Source: Synergistales bacterium (GTDB lineage Bacteria > Synergistota > Synergistia > Synergistales > JAFGMB01). From it: 64,000 bases of DNA. The notes beneath the pieces were generated by a model, which did no database searches, was not told where the DNA came from, and worked only from the letters and a program-made list of their open reading frames with translations. The DNA is taken from positions 960,001-1,024,000 of the forward strand of contig OY762654.1 in the NCBI GenBank assembly GCA_963666205.1. The letters are read 5' to 3'. The translations under genes were made by a program, and so were the position numbers. Position 1 is the first letter of the stretch, and the number at the start of each line of letters is the position of its first letter. Of the stretch, positions 39,575 through 49,009 are shown piece by piece.

Positions 39575-40936
39575 TTAAAAAATGGCTGTTACCATGATTA
39601 TGAAAACGGCCACCGGGACAACAGCTACTACAAGGGGCTTCCATGAATTGGCGATCCTGAAGGTCTTTGCACCCACGTTGCTCTCATCTTTGAAGTTCGC
39701 AAACTTCCACACAAAGGCAGTGTAAAGGGCAATGAGAAGGGCATCCACAGGCATCATGACATTTCCGGAGATATAGTCTGCGAGGTCAAAGAAATTCTTT
39801 CCAAAGATCAGTATATGGCTCCATGGACCCTGTGAAAGAATGGAGGGGATACCGAGGATATACATAATGGCAAGAATACCCCATACAGACTTTTTCCTGC
39901 TGATCCCGAAAAGTTCGGAAAATGTCGCCGCAGGAGCTTCAAGGTAGCCCATACCGGATGTGAGACCTGCCAGAACCACAAGGAAGAAGAACATTGAGGC
40001 AAAGATACTTCCACCGGGAAGCTGGCCGAAAATAACAGGCATGGTCTTGAAAAGGAGACCGGGACCAGCCTGGGGATCCATTCCAAAGCAGAAAAGGGCC
40101 GGGAAGATGACCAGTCCTGCTACAACTGCAATTCCCGTATCAAGGGCAATAACAATGGTAGCATCAGCGGGAAGATCTGAATCGGGAGCAAGATAGCTGC
40201 CGTACACAAAGGCACAGGCGATACCGATTCCGATGGAGAAGAAGGCCTGACCCAGAGCTGCAAGGACCACACCGCCATTTATCTTTGAAAAATCAGGGGT
40301 TACATACCATTTGAGGCCGGCCATGGCACCTGCCGCGCCTTCGACCTGGGGAGACATCATGAGCGATTTTACTGCCAGGATAAGGAGCATTATCATAAGA
40401 GCTGGAAGCATCCATTTACAGGCTTTCTCGACTCCGTCCTTGAGGCCCCTGGTAACGATAACACCAAGTACCACCACAACACCAAGTGTATAAGCGCCCA
40501 CCTGCATCGGGTCGGAAACAAAAGTATCATACATGACACTTGTCTGCTCTGGTGTGACCCCTGCGAAGACCCCCGTAAGGGCCTTGACAAAATATGCTGC
40601 CATCCAGCCAATGACCATGAGGTAATAGGACATCAGAAGAATACACGCAATGGCTCCTATCCAGCCTATCATTACCCAGGGACTGCCCTTGTGGGTCAGT
40701 TTCTGCATTCCCTGAATGGGATTGAGCCGCGTCTTTCTTCCAAGACTGATCTCTGCGATGAAAAGAGGCACACAAATAGTAAAACAGATGGCCAGGTAAA
40801 CGACAAGAAAGGCTCCGCCTCCATTGGTTCCTACCATGTAGGGGAATCTCCATATATTTCCAAGTCCTATTGCAAAACCGGCTGTTGCCATAATAAAGCC
40901 AAAGCGGCTGCCCCAGCTTTCACGTTTCTGTTCCAT
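39575..40936 (-). CDS. Sodium-dependent amino acid transporter (SNF/NSS, LeuT family)
   Basis: RESWGSR, AIGLGNIWRFP, NGGGAF, GQAFFS and GPGLLF motifs. Confidence 0.95.
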   Translation of the reverse strand: MEQKRESWGSRFGFIMATAGFAIGLGNIWRFPYMVGTNGGGAFLVVYLAICFTICVPLFIAEISLGRKTRLNPIQGMQKLTHKGSPWVMIGWIGAIACILLMSYYLMVIGWMAAYFVKALTGVFAGVTPEQTSVMYDTFVSDPMQVGAYTLGVVVVLGVIVTRGLKDGVEKACKWMLPALMIMLLILAVKSLMMSPQVEGAAGAMAGLKWYVTPDFSKINGGVVLAALGQAFFSIGIGIACAFVYGSYLAPDSDLPADATIVIALDTGIAVVAGLVIFPALFCFGMDPQAGPGLLFKTMPVIFGQLPGGSIFASMFFFLVVLAGLTSGMGYLEAPAATFSELFGISRKKSVWGILAIMYILGIPSILSQGPWSHILIFGKNFFDLADYISGNVMMPVDALLIALYTAFVWKFANFKDESNVGAKTFRIANSWKPLVVAVVPVAVFIIMVTAIF

Positions 40937-41058
40937 GTATTTCTCTCCCTTCAGTCCTGTTGTTCGATCATCAACCTTCGAAGAGAACCAGAATGAGATT
41001 TTTTTCACTTTCAGTTACAGTAAAAGAATACAATGAATTCAGTTTAAAAAAGATACAG

Positions 41059-42582
41059 CTATTTGAGAGAGAACAGATGTTTTTCCAGGTCTTCGGAGCT
41101 CAAGATAATACCCTCTCTTTCACTGGTCCAGACTTCCAGTTCCATACCCCCCAGGGTGTCTTTCCCAGCCAGTACTTTTACAGGAATTCCCATTTCTATG
41201 GAATCATCCAGTTTCGAGTTTATCTTTTTATCCCGATCATCAAAGAGAATTCTGAAGTTTTTGGATGAAAGATGAAGATACAGATCCTCAACCTCAGTAA
41301 AAAGAGCATCTTCCCTGGAAAGAGCAGAGATAAGATGAATGTCAAAGGCAGACCATCCTGCCAGATTGTCAGAGCCATAACCCATAACTGAGAGCAGTAA
41401 CTGTTCCAGGTCTATGGTTCCCCGCCATACCTGGGGATAGCATTTTTCCCTGTTTTCATTGATGTAAGTCAGAGAAGGATAGTCTTCGGAAAGATGCCTG
41501 GTAGAATAGAAAGCACCTATTTCCGTAAAATATCCCTTATCCATCATTCCTCCACAGGAAGGACAGGGGGAATCCTTTCCGAAGGCGGCTATATCGCGCA
41601 CCATATCGGCTTTGAAATCCCTTTCCCAGCATGCACCCCTGAAATGGAAATCCGGTTTGTTGGCACCTGCTGCCAGGTTTATCGCACCCTCAACGCTTTC
41701 ATCTGCTACTACTGTTATTTCTTCCGGCAGTCCAATGGGACCACAGAATCCGGCGACTTCCCCTACGGCATCTTTCAGCTCATTTTCAGTTGCTCTCCTG
41801 AGTTTTACCCCTCCAAGGTAAAAGGAAAGCTTCTCAAGGGAAATATCCCTGTCCCCTCTCATCAGAGCGACCACAATCTGACCGGTTCCATCATCCATAG
41901 CATAGAACATGGTCTTTAATGTCTGAGAAGGGGGCAGGTCCAGCTGCCTGCATAGTTCAACAATGGTTGTAGCTCCCGGAGTATATATTTCTTCTAGTTC
42001 TTCTTTTCCTCCATTAGAGACGGCGCTTCTGCCCATGGGAGAAGAGGTGAACCCCTTCCATCCACATGTGGGGCAGACAAGACCGTCCCTTAATCCAAGG
42101 GCCTTTTTATCTCCTTCTACAACCATAGCGATCCTCTCTCCGCTGGAAACGATCTCTTTCAATGAAGAGATCCTTATACCCCCGGGAAGCAGAGCTTCCC
42201 GGCAGGACTGAAGACAGGTTTCCATTTGTGTCGAGACATCGTCTTCCACAGCGGAAAAAGCTGTAAGCTGGATATTCCGGTTCTTTTCCTCCATAAGGAT
42301 CATCGGGAGCTGATCTTTTGTTTTCAGTACCCTTACCACCAAAGCGAATGCGGCTTCATTATGGTTACCCGATATTTCCTGAATACCTGTGTTTTCGAAG
42401 GTTCCTTTTAATTTTCCTGAGATCTGCGCAAGTAACCCTACCCCCAAAGGAGTGAGCAGTATTTCTTCAGCAGAATTGTCATAAACAGCATAGCCGGCCT
42501 TTACAAGCCTTATAAGTCTCTGATCCTTGACTTTTGCCGGATTATTCCTTGTTGTCGGTGCAAGAATTGAAGATAACCTCAT
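41059..42582 (-). CDS. Degenerate prolyl-tRNA synthetase paralogue retaining the INS/YbaK editing and anticodon-binding domains
   Basis: ProRS-like N-terminus MRLSSILAPT; INS domain TPG..TI...LKTM...RGD...GFCGP...AGAN; C-terminal FDDR...GIP; class II motifs 2 and 3 not recognisable. Confidence 0.8.
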   Translation of the reverse strand: MRLSSILAPTTRNNPAKVKDQRLIRLVKAGYAVYDNSAEEILLTPLGVGLLAQISGKLKGTFENTGIQEISGNHNEAAFALVVRVLKTKDQLPMILMEEKNRNIQLTAFSAVEDDVSTQMETCLQSCREALLPGGIRISSLKEIVSSGERIAMVVEGDKKALGLRDGLVCPTCGWKGFTSSPMGRSAVSNGGKEELEEIYTPGATTIVELCRQLDLPPSQTLKTMFYAMDDGTGQIVVALMRGDRDISLEKLSFYLGGVKLRRATENELKDAVGEVAGFCGPIGLPEEITVVADESVEGAINLAAGANKPDFHFRGACWERDFKADMVRDIAAFGKDSPCPSCGGMMDKGYFTEIGAFYSTRHLSEDYPSLTYINENREKCYPQVWRGTIDLEQLLLSVMGYGSDNLAGWSAFDIHLISALSREDALFTEVEDLYLHLSSKNFRILFDDRDKKINSKLDDSIEMGIPVKVLAGKDTLGGMELEVWTSEREGIILSSEDLEKHLFSLK

Positions 42583-42653
42583 TTTATTGACCTCCTGTAA
42601 AGATGTTCTGATCAAGAGCTGATATCTGTGACCGGTAAAAAGGTTTTCAGAGA

Positions 42654-42998
42654 TCATACCATCTTCATGGCTATCATGACCTGTTCCAGGTCAATAAGGG
42701 CAAAATCTCCATCTGCTTCCGGATCATCATAAAAAACCTGTGAGCGAAATCTCTCCACCGCTTTTTCCAGAAGAACCAGTCCCTTCATATCCATGTCATT
42801 TGAAGAGCTGTTTACAAGGATGGACCTGTATGGATTCATAAAAAGCCTCTGGTTTGCAGGCAAAGGCATACTCACAAGATCATGACCGGATTCCAGATAC
42901 TTCCTCACTTCAAGAAGTACGTCCAGGGGATTCCCCCTTACGGGATGATTATCTTCTATCTTATCCAGAACAAAAGGATTGTTGCTTATAACTTTCAA
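42654..42998 (-). CDS. grdX: GrdX family protein
   Basis: VISNNP, DVLLEVR...GH.L...PL, NPYRSI and DFALID; directly after grdA. Confidence 0.85.
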   Translation of the reverse strand: MKVISNNPFVLDKIEDNHPVRGNPLDVLLEVRKYLESGHDLVSMPLPANQRLFMNPYRSILVNSSSNDMDMKGLVLLEKAVERFRSQVFYDDPEADGDFALIDLEQVMIAMKMV

Positions 42999-43084
42999 CT
43001 GTGAACACTTCCTTCAGGCCTATACATTTTTATCAGGTGGACGGGGCTTTTCGCCCCGTCCGCAATATCCAAAGGGGGGAACCT

Positions 43085-43561
43085 TTAGATAGAGAACTGG
43101 CTGAATTCTTCTCTCATTGATTTCACTGCTGCACAGAGACCGTCAGTATCCAGAACCATCTCCATCATAGAGATATTTTCTTCCCATGCGGCTTCATCAG
43201 CTTCGTTACGAATTTCATCTTCAAAAATGTCATATACGGCGAGTCCCAACTGGACTCCGGCCAGTGGACCTGCAAAAGTCGGATCTCCGTTTGCAACGGT
43301 TTCAGCATAGATCTCTGCACCTTCGGCATCAGAAGAACCAAGTACTACTACCAGGTTCTCTTTGCCGTATTTATCGGCTGCATCCTTTATCCTCTGCTGA
43401 TTCTGCAAATCCATAGCACCTGCCGCAGTTCAGACAAAACATTCCGTAACTGAAAATACTATCTCTGCTCCTGAGTCTTTCAGACATGCTTCCATTGCTG
43501 GTCCGGGAACTCCGTCTCTTTCTCCCAGAAGAAGCATTTTCTTTCCTGCTAATCTACCCAT
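43085..43561 (-). CDS. grdA: Glycine/sarcosine/betaine reductase selenoprotein A (158 aa, Sec44)
   Basis: [11 protein letters not shown]...TECFV-UGA(43430-43432)-TAAGAMDL in frame with ORF 43085-43414; SD AAGGAGG. Confidence 0.96.
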
Positions 43562-43639
43562 TTGTGCACCTCCTTCCGCCTTGTATACAACAGAAGAGGG
43601 ACAGAGATACTGATACTATTCTGCCCCTCAGGCTGTTCA

Positions 43640-44950
43640 TTATTCTTTAAATATGGTCTGTTCCTTTATTTCTGTAGACATAGCCTTGAAAGCCCTCTGA
43701 AGGAGCTCTCTTCTCTTCTTCCTGTCTCCTTCGGGTCCTGATTCAGGATCTCCTACCGGATGAGGGATAGCCACACCGGGAACTATCCTGTTGGCTCCAA
43801 CTGTGAGCATTATAGGTACTATTGTTGCTATCTGGACTACAGGGATACCGGCTTCTTTCTCTATTTCCCGAACCATCGATGCACCGCATCGGGTACAGGT
43901 GCCTCAGGTGGATGTGAGAATGACAGCATCAACACCAGCCTCTTTAAGTTCCTTGCCGATGGCCTGACCGAAACCTTCGGCATTGGCTACTGCTGTACCG
44001 GTTCCGGTAGTACAGTAAACGAAATCATGAAGCTTGCCGAAAACTCCTTCTTTTTCCATCTCCCGCATAATATCAAGGGGAAGGACTACATCAGGGTTAT
44101 CGTTCGCATATACCCTGTCATAACCTCCATGGATGGACTCGTAATTTTCCGGTGTAAGGTCTTCGAGTTCGGAGATATTGTATTTGCCGAATTTCTCAGC
44201 AGAAGAAACCCTTATGTGATCAGGATTACCGAAGGGAACGATGCCGCCGGAAGTACAAAGGGCAATAGTGGCCTTACTCAGGTCAGCAATGGGAGCTGCC
44301 GGATCTATCTTTTTGAATACCGGCATTTCGAGTTCTGTTTCGAAAGCTTCTCCCCGGATCTTCCTGAGCAGCATATCAACTCCTCTTTCTGCTCCTGACT
44401 TGTCATGGAAAAAGCTTTTACGGATACCTCTGTGGATATAACCTTCAAAGCGGGCTGGGCCAAGTTTCTCTTTTTTCAGCAGTTTCAGAGCAAGAGTAAC
44501 CATTCTGGACAGGGCATCTCTCATACCCCTGGCGCTGTCACTGGTTTCGACAATGTATGTTTTTTTATGGTACATTTCGACACCGGGGTTTTCCCCATAA
44601 AGGGCTGTAACTGTGGGGATCCCAAGCATTTCTCCCGCAGCTGAACATATATCACCACAGGCAACGCCATAACGGCCGGCATTGAAACCAGGACCGGCAA
44701 TAAGCATATCGGGCTTGAAAGCCTTTATCATTTCAACACACTCAGCCTGGGCTTTTTCCATATTCTCACCGTAATAACTGTCACCGCAGATAACCGTACC
44801 TACGACTTCGGCCTCTCCCTGAAGCAGGTTCTGAAGCTGAAGTCCGGGACCCACTATCCCGTCCCGGGATGATGGTGGTACATGGGCTGTATCTTCTCCG
44901 CCCATTCCTGCATAAAACTGATTTATATAATGAACAACCCTGTAGGTCAT
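43640..44950 (-). CDS. Glycine-reductase-family selenoprotein B (GrdB/GrdF-like, 436 aa, Sec349)
   Basis: VVHYINQF, GPGFNAGRYG; ILTST-UGA(43904-43906)-GTCTRCGASMVREIE joins two listed ORFs into a UxxCxxC motif. Confidence 0.95.
43872..43894 (-). promoter_or_regulatory. Putative bacterial SECIS hairpin of selenoprotein B
   Basis: ACC-CGAUGC-GGU-GCAUCG-AU-GGU starting about 10 nt after the UGA, with G in the apical loop. Confidence 0.65.
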
Positions 44951-44972
44951 TTTTCTACCTCCTTAACCTCAA

Positions 44973-46259
44973 CTAGACCCATTCGCAGCCTAGTTTGCTG
45001 AATCCCAGCTCATTGGTGGAACCGATGATCGACTGGAGTTCAACATACATGGAACCATCCTCACGCAGACTGTCAGACGCTCCTCCGGAGAGATGTGCGA
45101 TGGCTTCCGGGAATCCTATGATCTTATCCATGGCCGGAACTTCTATCATCTCATTAACATTTCCGGCTGAAACGAAACCGGTCATTTCAGGTGTAGCATC
45201 TGCAAGCCCCTGGCTTGAACCGTCAACTCCTGCTGCCTCATCTGAAATAACTACAGTTTTGATGCCCCAGTCTTCACACTTCTTGGCATTCATGCAAAGG
45301 TCGGTATCCGGATTGCCATAGCCTTCTTCAGAAATAACCACACCATCTGCTCCGAGCTGTCTGGCCAGATTGGCATTCATCCAGGTGGTTCTCTCCTTGC
45401 CAGCCAGCACTGTGCTTTCAAGAGTTGGAATAACACCGATGAAATTGATCTCCTTGCCATGACGCTTGTAGAGCTCAAGAACGATAGGATCGTTCACATG
45501 ATGGAAGGTCGTATTCTTGTCACAGGCTGAAACGCAGTTTCCCGAGACCATGGCTCCGTCAAGGATCTCATTGGGATGGACCAGGGTGGGAACTATGGAC
45601 TTCATGTCAGCTCCGTAGAGGAAGGTATCGTGGAGAAGCCCCTGGGTAATGGACATGCAGAAATAGGTTATCTTGGGGAGGTCCGGGTATTTATTGTTTT
45701 CCTCAACTATGGAACCCTTGTCAAAGACCTCGACGTTATCGGCCTTTGTCTCCTTGCACTGGTCAGCAAGGTAAACGGAAAGTTTAAGCCCTGCTTCCCT
45801 GAGGGATTTTTCGTAGGCATGTTTTTCAAGGTCTGCAACAGGTTCTGCTACTATTACGAGATTAAAGGTCTCTGAAAAGGGGTTATAGGGACTTGCCGGA
45901 CCGCTCATGTCAATAAAACCTTCCTGGAAAGCCACTATGGGACCGCAGGTAATTACAGAAGCACCCTTGAGGACAAAGGTCGCACCCTCGCCTACCGGTT
46001 CCATGGGAGCGCAGAAACCTGGAAAGAAAGAAGTACCTCCCTCCAGCTTGATCCTTGGTTCCACTACATCCTTGACAGGAATTATCCTGACACTTTCCCC
46101 GGGACGGGCCAGCTCGAGCTGTACATCAGCAAAATTTTCGTCTGCCGCAACAACTTTGATGGCCTCTTCCCTGTTGACATAAAGGACATTATCCTTCAGG
46201 GAGGTTTTTTCACCCCACTGAATATCCTTCACAAAAGCATTATGAAGTTCCAACCTCAT
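44973..46259 (-). CDS. Glycine-reductase-family component B proprotein (GrdE/GrdG-like)
   Basis: PVKDVVEPR, FQEGFIDMSG, SGNCVSACDKN and EGYGNPDTD motifs; 428 aa. Confidence 0.93.
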   Translation of the reverse strand: MRLELHNAFVKDIQWGEKTSLKDNVLYVNREEAIKVVAADENFADVQLELARPGESVRIIPVKDVVEPRIKLEGGTSFFPGFCAPMEPVGEGATFVLKGASVITCGPIVAFQEGFIDMSGPASPYNPFSETFNLVIVAEPVADLEKHAYEKSLREAGLKLSVYLADQCKETKADNVEVFDKGSIVEENNKYPDLPKITYFCMSITQGLLHDTFLYGADMKSIVPTLVHPNEILDGAMVSGNCVSACDKNTTFHHVNDPIVLELYKRHGKEINFIGVIPTLESTVLAGKERTTWMNANLARQLGADGVVISEEGYGNPDTDLCMNAKKCEDWGIKTVVISDEAAGVDGSSQGLADATPEMTGFVSAGNVNEMIEVPAMDKIIGFPEAIAHLSGGASDSLREDGSMYVELQSIIGSTNELGFSKLGCEWV

Positions 46260-46544
46260 ATTGAAGCCTCCTTCTTTTACATATTTCAGGGACAGGACAT
46301 GAATATCCCCTTAATAGACCCTTTTTAACGTAAAGATTATAAGAAGACGCAACCTTATTTACATCGTACGAATCATATGGTATTTAAACTATCATGGAAC
46401 TGTTTTTTAGTGCAGATAGTACAAATACCTCTTTTGCTTTCACTAAAGGCTTCAGATAAGGGTTCCTGTTGAAACGTTACGGGAACTGTCAGATGATGAC
46501 CTTACCATGAAGACCCGGGGTAAGAATAAACAGGAGGGCAGGTA

Positions 46545-47789
46545 ATGCTTACAAAATGGGCTGCCGAGATCGCTGGATCCACAGCTGAAGTTATAGGATA
46601 TGATGTTATCATCACTGATACGGAAGGGATAATAATAGGAGCAAGCAACATCCTCAGACTCGGATCCCTTCATGAGCAGTCCCTTGATGTTATCAGATAT
46701 AACCGGGGTGCTGCTGTTGACGAAACAGAAGCGCAGAAATTCAGGGGAACCCTTCCTGGGGTAACTTACCCTATTCAGTCCATGACAGGTAAGGTCGTAG
46801 GTTCTATGGCCATAACGGGCAAACCTGTAAACGTAAAACCCTTTGCGCTTATAGTGAAGAAACAGATAGAGATCCTTCTGCGCGAAAGAGAACTTCAGGA
46901 ATACGCTACAAACAGGGAAGAAACTCTGCAGGCAATAATCCACGATATTTCCCATTACATTTCCGGCATATCGGATCGTAGAATGCTTATATCAAGGGCA
47001 AGAGAATTCGGATTTGACCCATCATTTCACTATATCCCGATCGCTGTCGATCTCTACCAGTTCGCGAGATATGCAAGAAAAATACGAAACGACTGCCTGA
47101 AAGACAGGACAGAAACCCCTGAACTCCTTATACAGAAGACCAAGAATGAGATCCTGAAAAGGATACGCCTGGCCTTTCCCGATCCGGCAGATATTTCAGT
47201 AATGACAGGAAATAACAAGTATTTTATCCTTCATTCCGTGGGAAACAGCCCCTCGGGACGGGAGAGATCCATCTACAGGTATACAACCTCCTCCTGCAGA
47301 CAGATACTGGAAGATCTGGCCAAGATGAATCTGAATGCTGCCATAGGAATAGGTTCCATGGCAGGGAACCTGGAAGAATTGTCCAATTCATACCAGGAGG
47401 CCTGGCGGGCTTTACAGCTTGGTAAAAAATATAATCAGGGTCCTGGGATATACAATATCCAGGATTACAGGGTCGAAGAGCTCCTGGCATCTCTGCAGCC
47501 TGGCCTCAGAAACCGTTTTATCCAGAGAAACGTGGCTGCTTTCAGACAGCAGAACGACTGGGAAGAGCTCAGACAGACATTTCTGACATGGTGTGAAAAC
47601 AACTTTTCCCTTGTAAGCGCAGCCCGGGAACTTCACATTCACAGAAACACCCTTAACTACAGATTGGAAAAGATCAGAAGAATAGGAAACGTAGAACTCA
47701 GGAATTACCGGGACACCCTCAAACTGTATCTCGCTCTCCGACTGGAAAAATTCATTGGACCGGGACTTCATGAAGAAGATGAATCCTGA
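46545..47789 (+). CDS. CdaR family transcriptional regulator
   Basis: N-terminal sugar-diacid recognition-like domain (DVIITDTEGIIIGAS...GVTYPI); C-terminal LHIHRNTLNYRLEKI HTH. Confidence 0.92.
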   Translation: MLTKWAAEIAGSTAEVIGYDVIITDTEGIIIGASNILRLGSLHEQSLDVIRYNRGAAVDETEAQKFRGTLPGVTYPIQSMTGKVVGSMAITGKPVNVKPFALIVKKQIEILLRERELQEYATNREETLQAIIHDISHYISGISDRRMLISRAREFGFDPSFHYIPIAVDLYQFARYARKIRNDCLKDRTETPELLIQKTKNEILKRIRLAFPDPADISVMTGNNKYFILHSVGNSPSGRERSIYRYTTSSCRQILEDLAKMNLNAAIGIGSMAGNLEELSNSYQEAWRALQLGKKYNQGPGIYNIQDYRVEELLASLQPGLRNRFIQRNVAAFRQQNDWEELRQTFLTWCENNFSLVSAARELHIHRNTLNYRLEKIRRIGNVELRNYRDTLKLYLALRLEKFIGPGLHEEDES

Positions 47790-47941
47790 AACAGCTGAAA
47801 GGGGTAAGCCGGCTTTACCTCAAAACAGAAGGACATTGGACCAGGTATCATTTTTGTGCAATAGATATAGTGACAGATCCGCTTCGTACATATAGTCTGG
47901 AAAGAGACCTGAAAACCTTAAGAATAAAATAGATCGGGGGA

Positions 47942-48949
47942 GTGTTGAGAATGTCCCGGGAAAATGTTTTACTGCTTTTCAGCAAAGGTTATCCCTGCTG
48001 GAATGAGGAACTTGTTGAACTGGCGGGAGAAAATCCCACTTTCCTGCAGGACCTTCAGCAGGAAGGACTCCTGGTGAAAGAGAATGGGATCTGTTCTCTG
48101 ACCCCGGCAGGAAGAAAGGCTTTCACTGAAATAGCCAGAGAATACTATTATGATGCCGCCCCGGCAGATCCAGCCGAAGATCATGGAAAAGAACTTATGA
48201 AATGCAGGCTTTCCCTGGTGCTGAACAGATCCTTTGTGGGGAGATGGGGCGTGAAGAATTTCCATGTGGGACAGCGTTTATCCTATTACCCCGGGTTAAA
48301 AAAAGGAGATATCTGCTCCATCAGTCCTTCAATGAAACCCCGATGGCTATACAACGAGATGGCTATCATCAATGAGATCAGGGAGACCTTCCCCCAGAAC
48401 AGACAAACAGACCGTCACCCCACCATTCAGGAGATAAAAGAATGGATGGAAGAAAGGGGCATGGAAGAAGGATCTCTGGAGATCGACGTCCTTTTCCTTC
48501 ATTATTGCGACTTCGTGCACTATATGCACAAGGTCCCTCCCGCATCAGACACATTAAAACTCCTGCATGCCGATCGTTTTTATATGAATTTTGTCAGAAA
48601 AGAATTTTATGATGACCCCCTGCTGCTCTTCGAAGAAATAGGGAAATTCCATCTTTTCCTTCTCTACTACAGGCACCTTATCCTCCCTGGCAACTTCGAT
48701 ATTGATATTCACGAGCAGGGAAACCTGAATGCCCTTATGTACATAACTGAAACAGAAGAGGAAGCAATACGATTTTATGAAACATTCAGTCCTATGGCAG
48801 AAGAACTCACAGGCCCCGCCCATCCCATGGACATCTGGTCCATGAGTATGGAGGCTATAGAAAACCACCCCATTAAGGAGGATTCTCACTTTGATTTTTT
48901 TGCAAAGATCGGACACAGGGTCGCCATAACATATCCGCCCGGGGGCTGA
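47942..48949 (+). CDS. Hypothetical protein
   Basis: 335-aa ORF with purine-rich SD-like upstream sequence; start uncertain; no family recognised. Confidence 0.75.
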   Translation: MLRMSRENVLLLFSKGYPCWNEELVELAGENPTFLQDLQQEGLLVKENGICSLTPAGRKAFTEIAREYYYDAAPADPAEDHGKELMKCRLSLVLNRSFVGRWGVKNFHVGQRLSYYPGLKKGDICSISPSMKPRWLYNEMAIINEIRETFPQNRQTDRHPTIQEIKEWMEERGMEEGSLEIDVLFLHYCDFVHYMHKVPPASDTLKLLHADRFYMNFVRKEFYDDPLLLFEEIGKFHLFLLYYRHLILPGNFDIDIHEQGNLNALMYITETEEEAIRFYETFSPMAEELTGPAHPMDIWSMSMEAIENHPIKEDSHFDFFAKIGHRVAITYPPGG

Positions 48950-49009
48950 AAAGGGACCTGCTGATCGGGAAGTCCGTGAGACTTCCTTCAAAACAGAGAT
49001 CAGGTGGGA

